NCBI GenBank assembly: GCA_033722135.1
Contig: JAWVZO010000001.1
Span: 1-54,173, forward strand
Reading direction: 5' to 3'
Source of the DNA: Gammaproteobacteria bacterium
Lineage (GTDB): Bacteria > Pseudomonadota > Gammaproteobacteria > QNFN01
DNA length: 54,173 nt
Shown here: positions 1 through 9,145 of the stretch, one piece after another
Layout of the letters: each line of letters starts with the position of its first letter
Numbering within the stretch: the stretch's first letter is position 1
The notes under the pieces: generated by a model
Told to the model about the DNA's origin: nothing
The model's input: the letters and a program-made list of their open reading frames with translations, nothing else
Databases searched by the model: none
Made by a program: the position numbers and the translations under genes

Positions 1-651
1 CAGCGCCGAGAAGACGAAGATCTGGCTCTTGGTCCGCGCCGTGTCGACCCCCATGGTCTGCGCGGCGACCTCGGAGCCGTGCACCGCGCGCAGCGCGCGC
101 CCGGCCCGCGAGTCGATGATGTTCAGCGAGACCAGGACCGTCGCCAGCACCACCACGGTCATGACCGCGTACCACTCGAGGTCGCTGTCGATCACGTGGC
201 CGAACAGCGAGAGCGACGGGATGCCGCCCATGCCGTCGGGCCCACCGGTCCAGTTGGTCGCCTGGACCATGATGATGTTGACGATGATGCCGAAGCCGAG
301 CGTCGCCATCGCCAGGTAGTGCCCCTTGAGCTTGAGGATCGGCCGCGAGATCACGGTGGCGACGACGTAGACGACCGCCAGCCCGAACGCCATCGCCAGC
401 CACGGGCTCCACCCGTAGCGGGTGGTGAGGATCGCGGAGGCGTAGGCGCCCATGCCGAAGAAGGCGGCATGGCCGAGCGAGATCTGCCCGGCGTAGCCGA
501 TGAACAGGTTCAGGCCGACGGCGAGCACGATGTTGAAGCCGATGGTCACGCCGACCACGGTCACGAAGTAGTTGTCCGGGAAGAACACCGGCAGCAGGGC
601 GACCGCAACTGCGAACGCGAGGAAGCCGCGAAGTCGGCGGAAGCTCGTCAT
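1..651 (-). CDS. livM: ABC transporter permease, LivM family (N-terminal part only; the gene runs off the left edge)
   Basis: Missing from the ORF track because it is truncated. Manual minus-strand translation from the ATG at 651 gives MTSFRRLRGFLAFAVAVALLPVFFPDNYFVTVVGVTIGFNIVLAVGLNLFIGYAGQISLGHAAFFGMGAYASAIL..., which is typical LivM. The ATG overlaps the livH stop (ATGA, 648-651). Confidence 0.85.
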   Translation of the reverse strand, partial: MTSFRRLRGFLAFAVAVALLPVFFPDNYFVTVVGVTIGFNIVLAVGLNLFIGYAGQISLGHAAFFGMGAYASAILTTRYGWSPWLAMAFGLAVVYVVATVISRPILKLKGHYLAMATLGFGIIVNIIMVQATNWTGGPDGMGGIPSLSLFGHVIDSDLEWYAVMTVVVLATVLVSLNIIDSRAGRALRAVHGSEVAAQTMGVDTARTKSQIFVFSAL

Positions 652-1523
652 ACCCGGTCCGAGGCCTTGCGTCCGAAGAGACCGCTGGGGCGGAAGATCA
701 GCACCAGCAGGATGATCGTGAAGGCAATCGCGTTCTTGTAGCCCGACGAGATCAGCCCGGCGCCGAGCGACTCGAGGACGCCGAGCAGCAGGCCGCCGGC
801 CACCGCGCCCATCGGGTTGCCCATGCCGCCGAGGATCGCCGCGGAGAAGCCCTTGAGGCCGACCATGATCCCGGCGTCGTAGGAGGTGAACGCGATCGGC
901 GCGAGCAGCACCCCGGCCACCGCGCCGAGGAAGGCGGCGAGGCCGTAGGAGAAGAGCAGCATCATGCGCACGTTGATGCCCATCAGCTGGGCGGCGGTGA
1001 CGTTGCTGGCGCAGGCCAGGATCGCCTTGCCCATCAGCGTGCGGTCGAAGAAGAAGCGGACCACGAGCACCATCAGCGCCGTGATCCCCATCACCCACAA
1101 GTTCTGCGGCAGCATCGTCGCCGAGCCGATCGAGATCGGCTCCTCGCCGGAGAAGGAGGGCAGCGCGTGGATGTCCTTGCCCCAGATCAGCAGCGCGGCG
1201 CCGCGCAGGAAGATCGCGGCGCCGATGGTGATGATGATCGTCGAGATCACCGTCGCTCCGCGCGCCGGCTCGATCGCGAATTTCTGCAACGCCATGCCGA
1301 TCCCGGTGGTGATCATCACCGCGCCGAACAGCGCCACCGGGTAGGGCATGCCGACCGCGAGCAGCGACACCGCGCTCATCGCCCCGATCATGACGAACTC
1401 GCCCTGGGCGAAGTTCACCACGCCGGAGGCGTTGTAGATGATCGCGAAGCCGAGACCGACCAGCGCGTAGGTCGAGCCGACCGTGACGCCGGTGATCAGG
1501 AACTGCAGGATCTGGTCGAACAT
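648..1523 (-). CDS. livH: ABC transporter permease, LivH family
   Basis: 291-aa ORF MFDQILQFLITGVTVGSTYALVGLGFAIIYNASGVVNFAQGEF..., a polytopic LivH-type sequence in a livK-livH-livM gene order. Confidence 0.9.
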   Translation of the reverse strand: MFDQILQFLITGVTVGSTYALVGLGFAIIYNASGVVNFAQGEFVMIGAMSAVSLLAVGMPYPVALFGAVMITTGIGMALQKFAIEPARGATVISTIIITIGAAIFLRGAALLIWGKDIHALPSFSGEEPISIGSATMLPQNLWVMGITALMVLVVRFFFDRTLMGKAILACASNVTAAQLMGINVRMMLLFSYGLAAFLGAVAGVLLAPIAFTSYDAGIMVGLKGFSAAILGGMGNPMGAVAGGLLLGVLESLGAGLISSGYKNAIAFTIILLVLIFRPSGLFGRKASDRV

Positions 1524-1539
1524 GGGCGTAGGGGCTCCT

Positions 1540-1568
1540 GCCCCCTGCCGCGCGAGGCGGCAGGGGGC
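1540..1568 (-). other. Intercistronic stem-loop between the binding-protein gene and the permease genes
   Basis: Perfect 11-bp stem GCCCCCTGCCG (1540-1550) / CGGCAGGGGGC (1558-1568) with a 7-nt loop, inside the 77-nt livK-livH spacer. Hairpins here commonly stabilise the upstream binding-protein message in ABC operons. Confidence 0.5.
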
Positions 1569-1600
1569 GTCGTGGCCGAAAAGGTCACGAGCCGGTCAGC

Positions 1601-2749
1601 TCAGTTGACGAGCGTCCAGTCGCCGTTCTGGATCTCGAGCATCTTGAATGCATCGAGGTCCAGGCCGAGGTGGTCGTCCGGGCCCATGTTGAACACGCCC
1701 CCGGTGCCGATGAAGCCGCTGGTGTTCTCGATCTCGGTGCGCACCTTCGCCTTGTCGGTCCCGCCGGCGCGGGCGATCGCCTCGATGGCGATGAACAGAC
1801 CGTCGTAGGCGTGGCCGCCAAAGGTCGAGACCGGGCCGTGGACCGCTTCGTAGGTGTTCTTGTAGGCGAGCAGCACGTCCTTCTGCGGATCGCTGTCGGG
1901 CAGCTTGTCGGCGACCAGCAGTGCGGCGGCCGGCAGGCGCACGCCGTTGGCGGCGTCGCCGGCGAGCTCGATGAACTTCTTCGACGCCACGCCGTGCGAC
2001 TGGTAGACCGGCAGGTCGATGCCGAGCTGGCGGACGTTCTTGGTGACGATCGCCGGACCGGTGCCGAAACCGAAGTTGAGGATCGCCTCGGCGTCGGTCG
2101 CGCGGATCTTGGTCAGCTGGGTCGTCATGTCGGTATCCTTGTTGCCGTACGTCTCGTCGGCGACGATGGAGATACCGTACTCGGGCGCCAGTTCCAGGCT
2201 CTGCTGGCGACCCGACTTGTCGAAGCCGCCGTCGCCGCTGATCAGGGCGACCTTGGAGATGCCGCGGGCCTTCATGTCCTCGTAGATCTTGGCCGCGGCC
2301 ATGCGGTCGGTGTGCGGCGTCTTGAACACCCACTTCTTGACCGGCTCGACGATCTTGATCGACCCGGCGAGGGAGATGAACGGGATGCCGGCCTTCTCCA
2401 CCTCGGGGATCACCGCGAGCGTCTCGCCGGAGGCCGAGCCGCCGACGATGACGTCGACGCGGTCGCGCTGGATCAGGCGCTTGGCGAAATCGACCGCCTT
2501 CTGCGGGTTGGCGCCCGAGTCGTAGTGCACGAGCTCGACCTCGCGACCGAGGACGCCGCCGTCGGCGTTGACGATGTCGACGTACATCTGCAGCGTCTTG
2601 AGTTCCGGGTCACCGAGGAACGAGGCGGGACCGGTGACGGCGAGGAAGGTGCCGATCTTGATCGGCTCGGCGGCCTGGAGCGGGCTGACCGCCAGCACCA
2701 TTGCGACGAGGCCGGTGGCGAGAGCCGATACGAGGCGTTGCTTGACCAT
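1601..2749 (-). CDS. Periplasmic substrate-binding protein, Leu/Ile/Val-binding (LivK-like) family; true ligand unknown
   Basis: 382-aa ORF with a signal peptide (MVKQRLVSALATGLVAMVLAVSPLQAAEP) and type-I periplasmic binding-protein features. It is the first gene of the liv-type operon. Confidence 0.85.
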   Translation of the reverse strand: MVKQRLVSALATGLVAMVLAVSPLQAAEPIKIGTFLAVTGPASFLGDPELKTLQMYVDIVNADGGVLGREVELVHYDSGANPQKAVDFAKRLIQRDRVDVIVGGSASGETLAVIPEVEKAGIPFISLAGSIKIVEPVKKWVFKTPHTDRMAAAKIYEDMKARGISKVALISGDGGFDKSGRQQSLELAPEYGISIVADETYGNKDTDMTTQLTKIRATDAEAILNFGFGTGPAIVTKNVRQLGIDLPVYQSHGVASKKFIELAGDAANGVRLPAAALLVADKLPDSDPQKDVLLAYKNTYEAVHGPVSTFGGHAYDGLFIAIEAIARAGGTDKAKVRTEIENTSGFIGTGGVFNMGPDDHLGLDLDAFKMLEIQNGDWTLVN

Positions 2750-2827
2750 GTGATCTCCTCCTGGGATGCGGTTGTTGTGCGATCGCGTCCTGGGCTTATC
2801 TGCTCGTTGGCGGCCCCTCGAGCGATC

Positions 2828-2851
2828 GTTGACGTTTACGTAAAGGTCAAC
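2828..2851. promoter_or_regulatory. Operator-like nested palindrome, site 1 (GTTGACGTTTACGTAAAGGTCAAC)
   Basis: 24-nt palindrome with one symmetric mismatch pair. The core TTTACGTAAA is perfectly self-complementary. It forms an AT-rich island in GC-rich DNA about 90 bp upstream of the livK-like ATG (2749). Confidence 0.55.
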
Positions 2852-2964
2852 AGACCAGGCTCTACTCTAGCGGCGATTCCCGGCAGGCGCAATACCTTTC
2901 GCTCGCCGGGCACCGCGACGCTATTCTGCTCCGGGAGGTCGACACGACGCCACCTCGTGCGGGG

Positions 2965-2994
2965 TTGTGTATTACGTTTACGTAAAGGTAAGCT
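2965..2994 (+). promoter_or_regulatory. Candidate sigma70-type promoter of the thioesterase/Mo-enzyme operon (-35 TTGTGT, 18-nt spacer, -10 TAAGCT)
   Basis: Hexamers at 2965-2970 and 2989-2994. Operator site 2 fills the spacer. The start codon is 64 nt downstream of the -10 element. Assigned by motif inspection only. Confidence 0.3.
2972..2991. promoter_or_regulatory. Operator-like nested palindrome, site 2 (TTACGTTTACGTAAAGGTAA)
   Basis: Shares the 16-mer ACGTTTACGTAAAGGT with site 1 (2832-2847 and 2974-2989). The centres are 142 bp apart. Site 2 lies about 76 bp upstream of the thioesterase ATG (3058). Confidence 0.55.
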
Positions 2995-3057
2995 AGCCAC
3001 CTTCCAGGGGCCTGCCAATGGAGCGTGCCCCGACCGCACAACCGGAGGAGATACCCG

Positions 3058-3462
3058 ATGAAAGAGAGCCTCGCCAAAGGGGTGACGACCACCACGCGCG
3101 TCGACATCGACGCCGGACGCACGATCGACTTCATGGGCGAGGAGGGGCGCGTCTACGCCACGCCCGAGCTGGTCCGCGACATCGAGATGACCTGCCGCAA
3201 CCTGCTCCTCGAGCATCTCGACGAGGGCGAGGACTCGGTCGGCACCCGCGTCGAGATCGACCACATCGGTGCGACGCTGATGGGCATGTGGGTCGAGATC
3301 ACGGTGACCGTGAGCGCCGTCGAGGGCCGCGCGGTGAGCTTCGACGTCACCGCCCGCGACAACGTCGAGGACGTGGCCCGCGGCAAGCACAACCGCTTCG
3401 TCATCGACGTCGCGAAGACCGCCGAGCGGCTCAAGGGCAAGGCGGCCAAGGCCGGGCTGTGA
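3058..3462 (+). CDS. Hotdog-fold acyl-CoA thioesterase (FlK-like family)
   Basis: MKESLAKGVTTTTRVDIDAGRTIDFMGEEGRVYATPELVRDIEMTCRNLLLEHLDEGEDSVGTRVEIDHIGATLMGMWVEITVTVSAVEGRAVSFDVTARD... fits the FlK/hotdog thioesterase pattern. I prefer the ATG at 3058 to the track start at 3025. Confidence 0.7.
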   Translation: MKESLAKGVTTTTRVDIDAGRTIDFMGEEGRVYATPELVRDIEMTCRNLLLEHLDEGEDSVGTRVEIDHIGATLMGMWVEITVTVSAVEGRAVSFDVTARDNVEDVARGKHNRFVIDVAKTAERLKGKAAKAGL

Positions 3463-6194
3463 GCGCGCCCGCGGAGAAGACCGTCAGGAAGGTCCCGACC
3501 TACTGCTACCAGTGCGTGGCGGGGCCGGACCTGCTGACGGTCAAGGTGGTCGACGGCGTCGCCACCGAGGTCGAGCCCAATTTCACCGCGGCCGAGGTCA
3601 CTCCCTCGGCCGGCAAGGTGTGCGTGAAGGCGTTCGGGCTGGTGCAGAAGATGTACAACCCGAACCGCATCCTGACGCCGATGAAGCGCACCAACCCGAA
3701 AAAGGGCGTCGACCAGGACCCGGGCTTCGTGCCGATCTCCTGGGACGAGGCGCTCGACGCCATCGCCGAGCGGCTCAAGACGGTGCAGGCGCGGGGTGCC
3801 AACGACGAGTCGGGCTACCCCCGTATCGCCGCGAGCTTCGGCGGCGGCGGCACACCGACCTACTATATGGGCACGCTGCCGGCGTTCCTCGCCTCGATCG
3901 GCCCGATCGATTTCGGCTTCGGCAGCGGCCAGGGCGTCAAGTGCTACCACTCGGAGCACCTCTACGGCGAGCTGTGGCACCGCGCCTTCACGGTCGCGCC
4001 CGACACGCCGAACACCGAGTTCATGCTCTCGTTCGGCTACAACGTCGAGGCCTCCGGCGGTGTGTGCGGCGTCAAGCGCCACGCCGACGCGCGGGCGCGC
4101 GGCGCCAAGCGGGTGCAGATCGAGCCGCACCTGTCGGTGACCGGCGCCTGCTCGGCCGAGTGGGTGCCGATCCGGCCGAAGACCGATGCGGCCTTCATGT
4201 TCGGCCTGCTGCACGTGATGCTCCACGAGCAGCGCAACCGCCTGGACATCCCGTTCCTGAAGCACCGCACCACCTCGCCGTACCTGGTCGCGCCGAACGG
4301 TTTCTTCCTGCGCGATCCCGCGACCCGCAAGCCGCTGGTCTACGATCTCTCGGGCCAGCGCGCGGTGCCCTTCGACACGCCCGGCATCGACCCGGCGCTG
4401 GAAGGATCGTTCAAGGTTTCGGGCCTCGAGATCGGCGCCGACGACGACGTCTGGGAACACCGCCTGGAGAAGGTCCAGCCGGCGTTCCAGAAGCTGATCG
4501 ACCACACGGCGGAATACACCCCCCTCTGGGCCGGCCGGATCTGCGACGTGCCGCACAAGGTGATCCGGCGCCTCGCGCTGGAGTTCCTCGACCACGCCCG
4601 CGTGGGCGAGACCGTCGAGGTCGAGGGCCGCGAACTGCCGTACCGGCCGGTGTCCATCGCGCTCGGCAAGACCGTCAACAACGGTTGGGGCGGGTTCGAC
4701 TGCTGCTGGGCGCGCACGCTGATGGCCTGCCTGGTCGGCGCGCTCGAGGTCCCGGGCGGGACGCTCGGCACCACGGTGCGACTGAACCGGCCGGCGACCG
4801 ATCGCAACCTCAGCGTCAAGGCGCATCCCGACGGGTTCATGGACTACCCGATGAACCCGACCGACAAGGCCGGCTGGCTCGCCAAGCCCGACGTGCGCAA
4901 CGCCAACCGGACACTGATCCCGCTGGTCGCCAACTCGCCGTGGAGCCAGGCGCTGGGACCGACCCACCTCGCCTGGATGCAGCAGCAGAAGGCACCGGAG
5001 CACTGGCCGCAGGCGACGCCGCCCGACATCTGGTTCGTCTACCGCACCAACCCGGCGATCTCGTTCTGGGACACCCGGCAGATCACCGAGGTGATGGCCC
5101 GGTTCCCGTTCACGGTCTGCTTCGCGATGACCGCCGACGAGACCAACCACTTCGCCGACATCCTGCTGCCCGACGCCACCGACCTGGAGGGGCTGCAGCT
5201 GATCCGCGTCGGCGGCACCAAGTTCATCGAGCAGTTCTGGGACTACCAGGGCTTCGCGCTGCGCCAGCCGGTCGCCGAGGCGCAGGGCGACGCGCGCGAC
5301 TTCACCTGGATCGCCACCGAGCTCGCCCGGCGCAGCGGCGTGCTCGACAAGTACGTCAAGGCGGTCAACCGGGGCGCGGCCGGCGTGCCGCTGAAGGGTG
5401 AGAACTACGACTTCTCGCTCGCCGATGACGAACCGCCCAGCGTCGAGCAGGTCTGGGACGCGACCTGCCGCGCGGCAAGCGCCGAGATCACCGACGGTGC
5501 CGAGGACCAGGGGCTCGACTGGTACCGCGAGCACGGCTTCCGGCTCGCCCCGTTCCCACGGTTGAAGTGGTACCTCTATGCCGCGATCGAGGACGCCGGC
5601 CTGCGCTTCGAGCTGCCCTACCAGGAGCGGCTGATGCGCATCGGCAAGCAGCTCGGCCGCCGTCTCCATGAACACGGCATCAGCTGGTGGGACGAGCAGC
5701 TCGAGGAGTACGACCCGCTGCCCGAGTACAAGAACTACCCGGAGATGTGGGAGAAGGCGCTCGAGCGCAACTTCAACGTCGACATCCGCGACTACCCGTT
5801 CTGGGCGGTCACCGCGCGCAGCATGCAGTATGCCTGGGGCGGTAACGCCGGCATCCAGATGATCCGCGAGGTGGCCGAGAACATAGGCGGCCACGGTGGC
5901 GTGGTGATCAACAGCGGCAAGGCCGCCGAGCTCGGGCTCGCCGACGGGGACCTGGTCGAGATCCGCTCGCCGCTCAACGCCACCCGCGGCCGGGTCGTGA
6001 CGCGCCAGGGCATCCGTCCGGACACGCTGCTGATGATCGGCCAGTTCGAGCACTGGGCGACGCCGTTCGCCAAGGATCTCGAACTGCCGAGCCTCAACAA
6101 GCTGGTGCCGATGCTGCTCGACCTGACCGACTCCACCGGATCGGGTTCGGACCTCGCCCGGGTAAGCATCTCGCGCGTGGAGAAGGCGCCATGA
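3459..6194 (+). CDS. Molybdopterin oxidoreductase catalytic subunit (DMSO-reductase superfamily), PadB-like, no Tat signal
   Basis: The 911-aa reading starts at the GTG at 3459, which overlaps the thioesterase stop (GTGA). The N-terminus is VSAPAEKTVRKVPTYCYQCVAGPD.... The sequence has molybdopterin-enzyme length and organisation. The upstream part of the 1058-aa track ORF is Arg-rich junk that overlaps the thioesterase gene. Confidence 0.8.
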   Translation: MSAPAEKTVRKVPTYCYQCVAGPDLLTVKVVDGVATEVEPNFTAAEVTPSAGKVCVKAFGLVQKMYNPNRILTPMKRTNPKKGVDQDPGFVPISWDEALDAIAERLKTVQARGANDESGYPRIAASFGGGGTPTYYMGTLPAFLASIGPIDFGFGSGQGVKCYHSEHLYGELWHRAFTVAPDTPNTEFMLSFGYNVEASGGVCGVKRHADARARGAKRVQIEPHLSVTGACSAEWVPIRPKTDAAFMFGLLHVMLHEQRNRLDIPFLKHRTTSPYLVAPNGFFLRDPATRKPLVYDLSGQRAVPFDTPGIDPALEGSFKVSGLEIGADDDVWEHRLEKVQPAFQKLIDHTAEYTPLWAGRICDVPHKVIRRLALEFLDHARVGETVEVEGRELPYRPVSIALGKTVNNGWGGFDCCWARTLMACLVGALEVPGGTLGTTVRLNRPATDRNLSVKAHPDGFMDYPMNPTDKAGWLAKPDVRNANRTLIPLVANSPWSQALGPTHLAWMQQQKAPEHWPQATPPDIWFVYRTNPAISFWDTRQITEVMARFPFTVCFAMTADETNHFADILLPDATDLEGLQLIRVGGTKFIEQFWDYQGFALRQPVAEAQGDARDFTWIATELARRSGVLDKYVKAVNRGAAGVPLKGENYDFSLADDEPPSVEQVWDATCRAASAEITDGAEDQGLDWYREHGFRLAPFPRLKWYLYAAIEDAGLRFELPYQERLMRIGKQLGRRLHEHGISWWDEQLEEYDPLPEYKNYPEMWEKALERNFNVDIRDYPFWAVTARSMQYAWGGNAGIQMIREVAENIGGHGGVVINSGKAAELGLADGDLVEIRSPLNATRGRVVTRQGIRPDTLLMIGQFEHWATPFAKDLELPSLNKLVPMLLDLTDSTGSGSDLARVSISRVEKAP

Positions 6195-6838
6195 CCCGTT
6201 ACGTCATGGTCGCCGACCTCGAGCGCTGCGTCGGCTGTCAGACCTGCACCGCCGCGTGCAAGCACACCAATGCCACCGCGCCCGGCGTGCAGTGGCGGCG
6301 GGTGCTCGACATGGAGGTCGGCGAATACCCCGACGTGCGCCGCGCGTTCGTGCCGGTCGGCTGCATGCACTGCGCGGATCCGCCCTGCATGCACGTCTGC
6401 CCGACGACCGCCACCGGGCAACGCGCCGACGGCCTGGTCACCATCGACTACGACATCTGCATCGGCTGCAGCTACTGCGCCGTGGCCTGCCCCTACCAGG
6501 CACGCTACAAGGTCGACCGTCCCGCCCAGGCCTACGCGGAGGGACGCATGCGCAACGAGACCAACCGCGAGGATCCCGGCCGCCAGGGCGTGGCGCAGAA
6601 GTGCACCTTCTGCATCGAACGCATCGACTACGGCCAGGCCCACGGCCTGACGCCGGGGATCGACCCCGAGGCCACGCCGGCCTGCGTCAACGCCTGCATC
6701 GCCAGCGCGCTGCAGTTCGGCGACATCGAGGATCCGGAGAGCAACGTCAGCCAGCTGCTGGCCACCCACAAGCACTTCCGCATGCACGAGGAACTGGGCA
6801 CCGAGCCCGGCTTCTACTACCTCTGGGAGGACCAATGA
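6191..6838 (+). CDS. 4Fe-4S ferredoxin-type electron-transfer subunit (DmsB/PadC-like)
   Basis: 215 aa with four Cys clusters: CVGCQTCTAAC, CMHCADPPCMHVCP, CIGCSYCAVACP and CTFC...CVNAC. There are ATGA overlaps at both ends. Confidence 0.9.
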   Translation: MTRYVMVADLERCVGCQTCTAACKHTNATAPGVQWRRVLDMEVGEYPDVRRAFVPVGCMHCADPPCMHVCPTTATGQRADGLVTIDYDICIGCSYCAVACPYQARYKVDRPAQAYAEGRMRNETNREDPGRQGVAQKCTFCIERIDYGQAHGLTPGIDPEATPACVNACIASALQFGDIEDPESNVSQLLATHKHFRMHEELGTEPGFYYLWEDQ

Positions 6839-7707
6839 GCGCCGACGGCAAGCCCTGGCTGCAGGCCCACTGGGACGGGCATGTGGCCGTCAATTTCCTC
6901 ACCGGGGGCAGCGGGAGCGGCCTGCTGGTGATCGCCGGGCTGGCCGCGCTCGCCGGGCAACCTCTGGCGCTGGCCTCCTGGATCGGCCTGCTTCTGGTCG
7001 CCGGCGGTCTCGCCCAGGTCTCGCTCCACCTCGGACGCCCCGTCCGCGGCTGGCGGGCGCTGACCAACCTGCGCACCTCGTGGATGACCCGCGAGGCCTA
7101 TGCGGCCGCGGCACTGATGCCCTGCGCGCTGCTCGCCGCCCTGACGGACTCGCCCCTGGCGGGGATGCCGGCCGCGCTCGCAGCCGCCGCGTTCCTGTAC
7201 TGCCAGGCGCGCATCCTGAAGGAGTCCCGGGGCATCCCGGCGTGGCGCGAGCCGCGCATCGTGCCGCTGATCGTGCTCACCGGCCTCGCCGAGGGCGCGG
7301 CGATCTACCTGCTGATCCTGCTGCCCGGCGCGCACACGTTCGCCGTGCTCGTCGTCGGCGCGGTGCTGCTCGCGGTGCTGGCGGCCCGCTACGTCGCCTG
7401 GAAGCAGTACCGCACGGCGCTGCATGGCAGGGCCCCGCGCGCTTCCGAGGAGGTCCTCGAACGCGCGGAGGGCCCGTTCACGGGTGCGGGTCACGTCGCC
7501 CCGGTCCTCCTGCTGCTGGTCGCCGCGGGCGTGCCTCAGGCCCAGGGGATCCTGGCGACGCTCGCGGCCGCGACCGTGCTCCTCGCCGGCTGGGGAGTGA
7601 AGTTCGCGATCGTGACCCGGGCCGGCTACAACCAGGGATTCGCGATCGACCACACCCCGTCGCGCGGCTCCGGCACGGGCGGCGTCGGCAGCAAGCCAGG
7701 CTGGTGA
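6835..7707 (+). CDS. Integral membrane anchor subunit (DmsC/NrfD/PadD-like)
   Basis: The ATG at 6835 overlaps the preceding stop. The product MSADGKPWLQAHWDGHVAVNFLTGGSGSGLLVIAGLAAL... is 290 aa and hydrophobic with multiple helices. Confidence 0.75.
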   Translation: MSADGKPWLQAHWDGHVAVNFLTGGSGSGLLVIAGLAALAGQPLALASWIGLLLVAGGLAQVSLHLGRPVRGWRALTNLRTSWMTREAYAAAALMPCALLAALTDSPLAGMPAALAAAAFLYCQARILKESRGIPAWREPRIVPLIVLTGLAEGAAIYLLILLPGAHTFAVLVVGAVLLAVLAARYVAWKQYRTALHGRAPRASEEVLERAEGPFTGAGHVAPVLLLLVAAGVPQAQGILATLAAATVLLAGWGVKFAIVTRAGYNQGFAIDHTPSRGSGTGGVGSKPGW

Positions 7708-7810
7708 CCCCGGAGAGTGACGTGCCGTGAAATCAACGCATGGCGGTCGAGCCGCCTTGTGCGAAGTCGAGAACATCAAATAAAACATGAAGTCTGAGGA
7801 GGAGCTTCCG

Positions 7811-9121
7811 ATGAGCGACAGTCCGTACCACTTCCAGCCCGACATCGAGACGCTGCCGCGCGAACAACTGGCCACGCTCCAGCTCGAGCGCCTGCAGAAG
7901 ACCCTGGCCCACGCCTACGCCAACGTGGACCATTTCCGCGAGCGCTTCGACGAGGCGGGTGTCAAGCCGGGCGACCTGACCGCGCTGGAGGATCTCGCGC
8001 GCTTCCCGTTCACCGTCAAGGACGACCTGCGCGCCAACTACCCGTTCGGCATGTTCGCCGTGCCCCGCGAGCAGGTGGTGCGCGTGCACGCCTCCTCGGG
8101 CACCACCGGCAAGCCGACCGTGGTCGGCTACACGCGCGACGACATCGCCACCTGGGCCAACCTGATGGCGCGCTCGATCGCGTCGGCCGGCGGACGGCCC
8201 GGCGACATCCTGCACAACGCCTACGGCTACGGGCTGTTCACCGGCGGTCTGGGCGCCCACTACGGGGGCGAACGGCTCGGCTGCACCGTCACGCCGATGT
8301 CCGGGGGCAACACCGAGAAGCAGATCGTGCTGCTTCAGGATTTCGGCGCGCGCGTGCTCTGTGCGACGCCTTCCTACGCGCTCAACATCGCCGAGGTGGC
8401 CGAGTCGGAGGGCATCGACCTCGCCGCCGGCCCCCTGAAGATCGGCGTGTTCGGGGCCGAACCGTGGTCCGAGGCGATGCGCGAGGAACTCGATCGGCGC
8501 CTCGGCATCCGGGCCGTGGATATCTACGGCCTCTCGGAGATCCTCGGGCCCGGCGTGGCCGCGGAGTGTGTCGAGGAGCGCGCCGGCCTGCACGGCTGGG
8601 AGGACCACTTCCTGTTCGAGATCATCGACCCCGAGACGGGCGAGCCGAAACCGATGGGCGAGTCGGGCGAACTGGTGATCACGACGCTGACCAAGCAGGC
8701 ACTGCCGATGATCCGCTACCGCACGCGCGACATCACCCGCCTGAGCAACGAGCCGTGCAGCTGCGGACGCAGCCACGTGCGCATCCTGCGCGTGACCGGT
8801 CGTAACGACGACATGCTGATCATCCGCGGCGTCAACGTCTACCCGTCGCAGATCGAGGCGGTCATGGTCGGGTTCGCGGGCATCGCGCCACACTACCAGC
8901 TGGTGGTGAGCCGCGAGGGCTCGATGGACACCCTCGCCGCGGAGATCGAGGCCGCGCCCGAGACTTCGGCCAGCGACTACCCGAAACTCGCCAGCGAGAT
9001 CCGCCACCACATCAAGTCGATGATCGGCGTCACCTGCGACGTGATGCTCAAGGCGCCGGGCGAAGTGCCGCGCTCCCAGGGCAAGGCGATCCGGGTGCGC
9101 GACGAGCGGCCGAAAAGCTAG
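7811..9121 (+). CDS. paaK: Phenylacetate-CoA ligase
   Basis: [46 protein letters not shown]...[17 protein letters not shown]... is the classic PaaK pattern. The ATG at 7811 follows a GAGGAGGAG Shine-Dalgarno sequence. Confidence 0.9.
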   Translation: MSDSPYHFQPDIETLPREQLATLQLERLQKTLAHAYANVDHFRERFDEAGVKPGDLTALEDLARFPFTVKDDLRANYPFGMFAVPREQVVRVHASSGTTGKPTVVGYTRDDIATWANLMARSIASAGGRPGDILHNAYGYGLFTGGLGAHYGGERLGCTVTPMSGGNTEKQIVLLQDFGARVLCATPSYALNIAEVAESEGIDLAAGPLKIGVFGAEPWSEAMREELDRRLGIRAVDIYGLSEILGPGVAAECVEERAGLHGWEDHFLFEIIDPETGEPKPMGESGELVITTLTKQALPMIRYRTRDITRLSNEPCSCGRSHVRILRVTGRNDDMLIIRGVNVYPSQIEAVMVGFAGIAPHYQLVVSREGSMDTLAAEIEAAPETSASDYPKLASEIRHHIKSMIGVTCDVMLKAPGEVPRSQGKAIRVRDERPKS

Positions 9122-9145
9122 CCCGCCACGCGGCAATCCAACCAA

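Noticed and set aside
3018-3458. Upstream 147-codon extension of the Mo-enzyme ORF, which could have supplied a Tat signal.
   Set aside because: The extension overlaps the well-supported thioesterase gene in another frame. It translates to Arg/His/Asp-rich junk with no RRxFLK-type motif followed by a hydrophobic stretch. The GTG at 3459, overlapping the upstream stop, fits the coupling pattern of the operon.
3153-6053. 966-aa minus-strand ORF antisense to the molybdopterin subunit. Similar very long ORFs occur at 5792-6835, 7733-9346, 15374-17371, 17523-19058, 20530-22179, 26307-28523, 31480-34401 and 46390-48522 (upstream part), among others.
   Set aside because: All have Arg/Ala/Gly/Pro-dominated, low-complexity translations with no recognisable domains. 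Each lies opposite to, or out of frame with, a gene whose product is clearly recognisable. Long open antisense frames are expected at about 70% GC because stop codons are rare.
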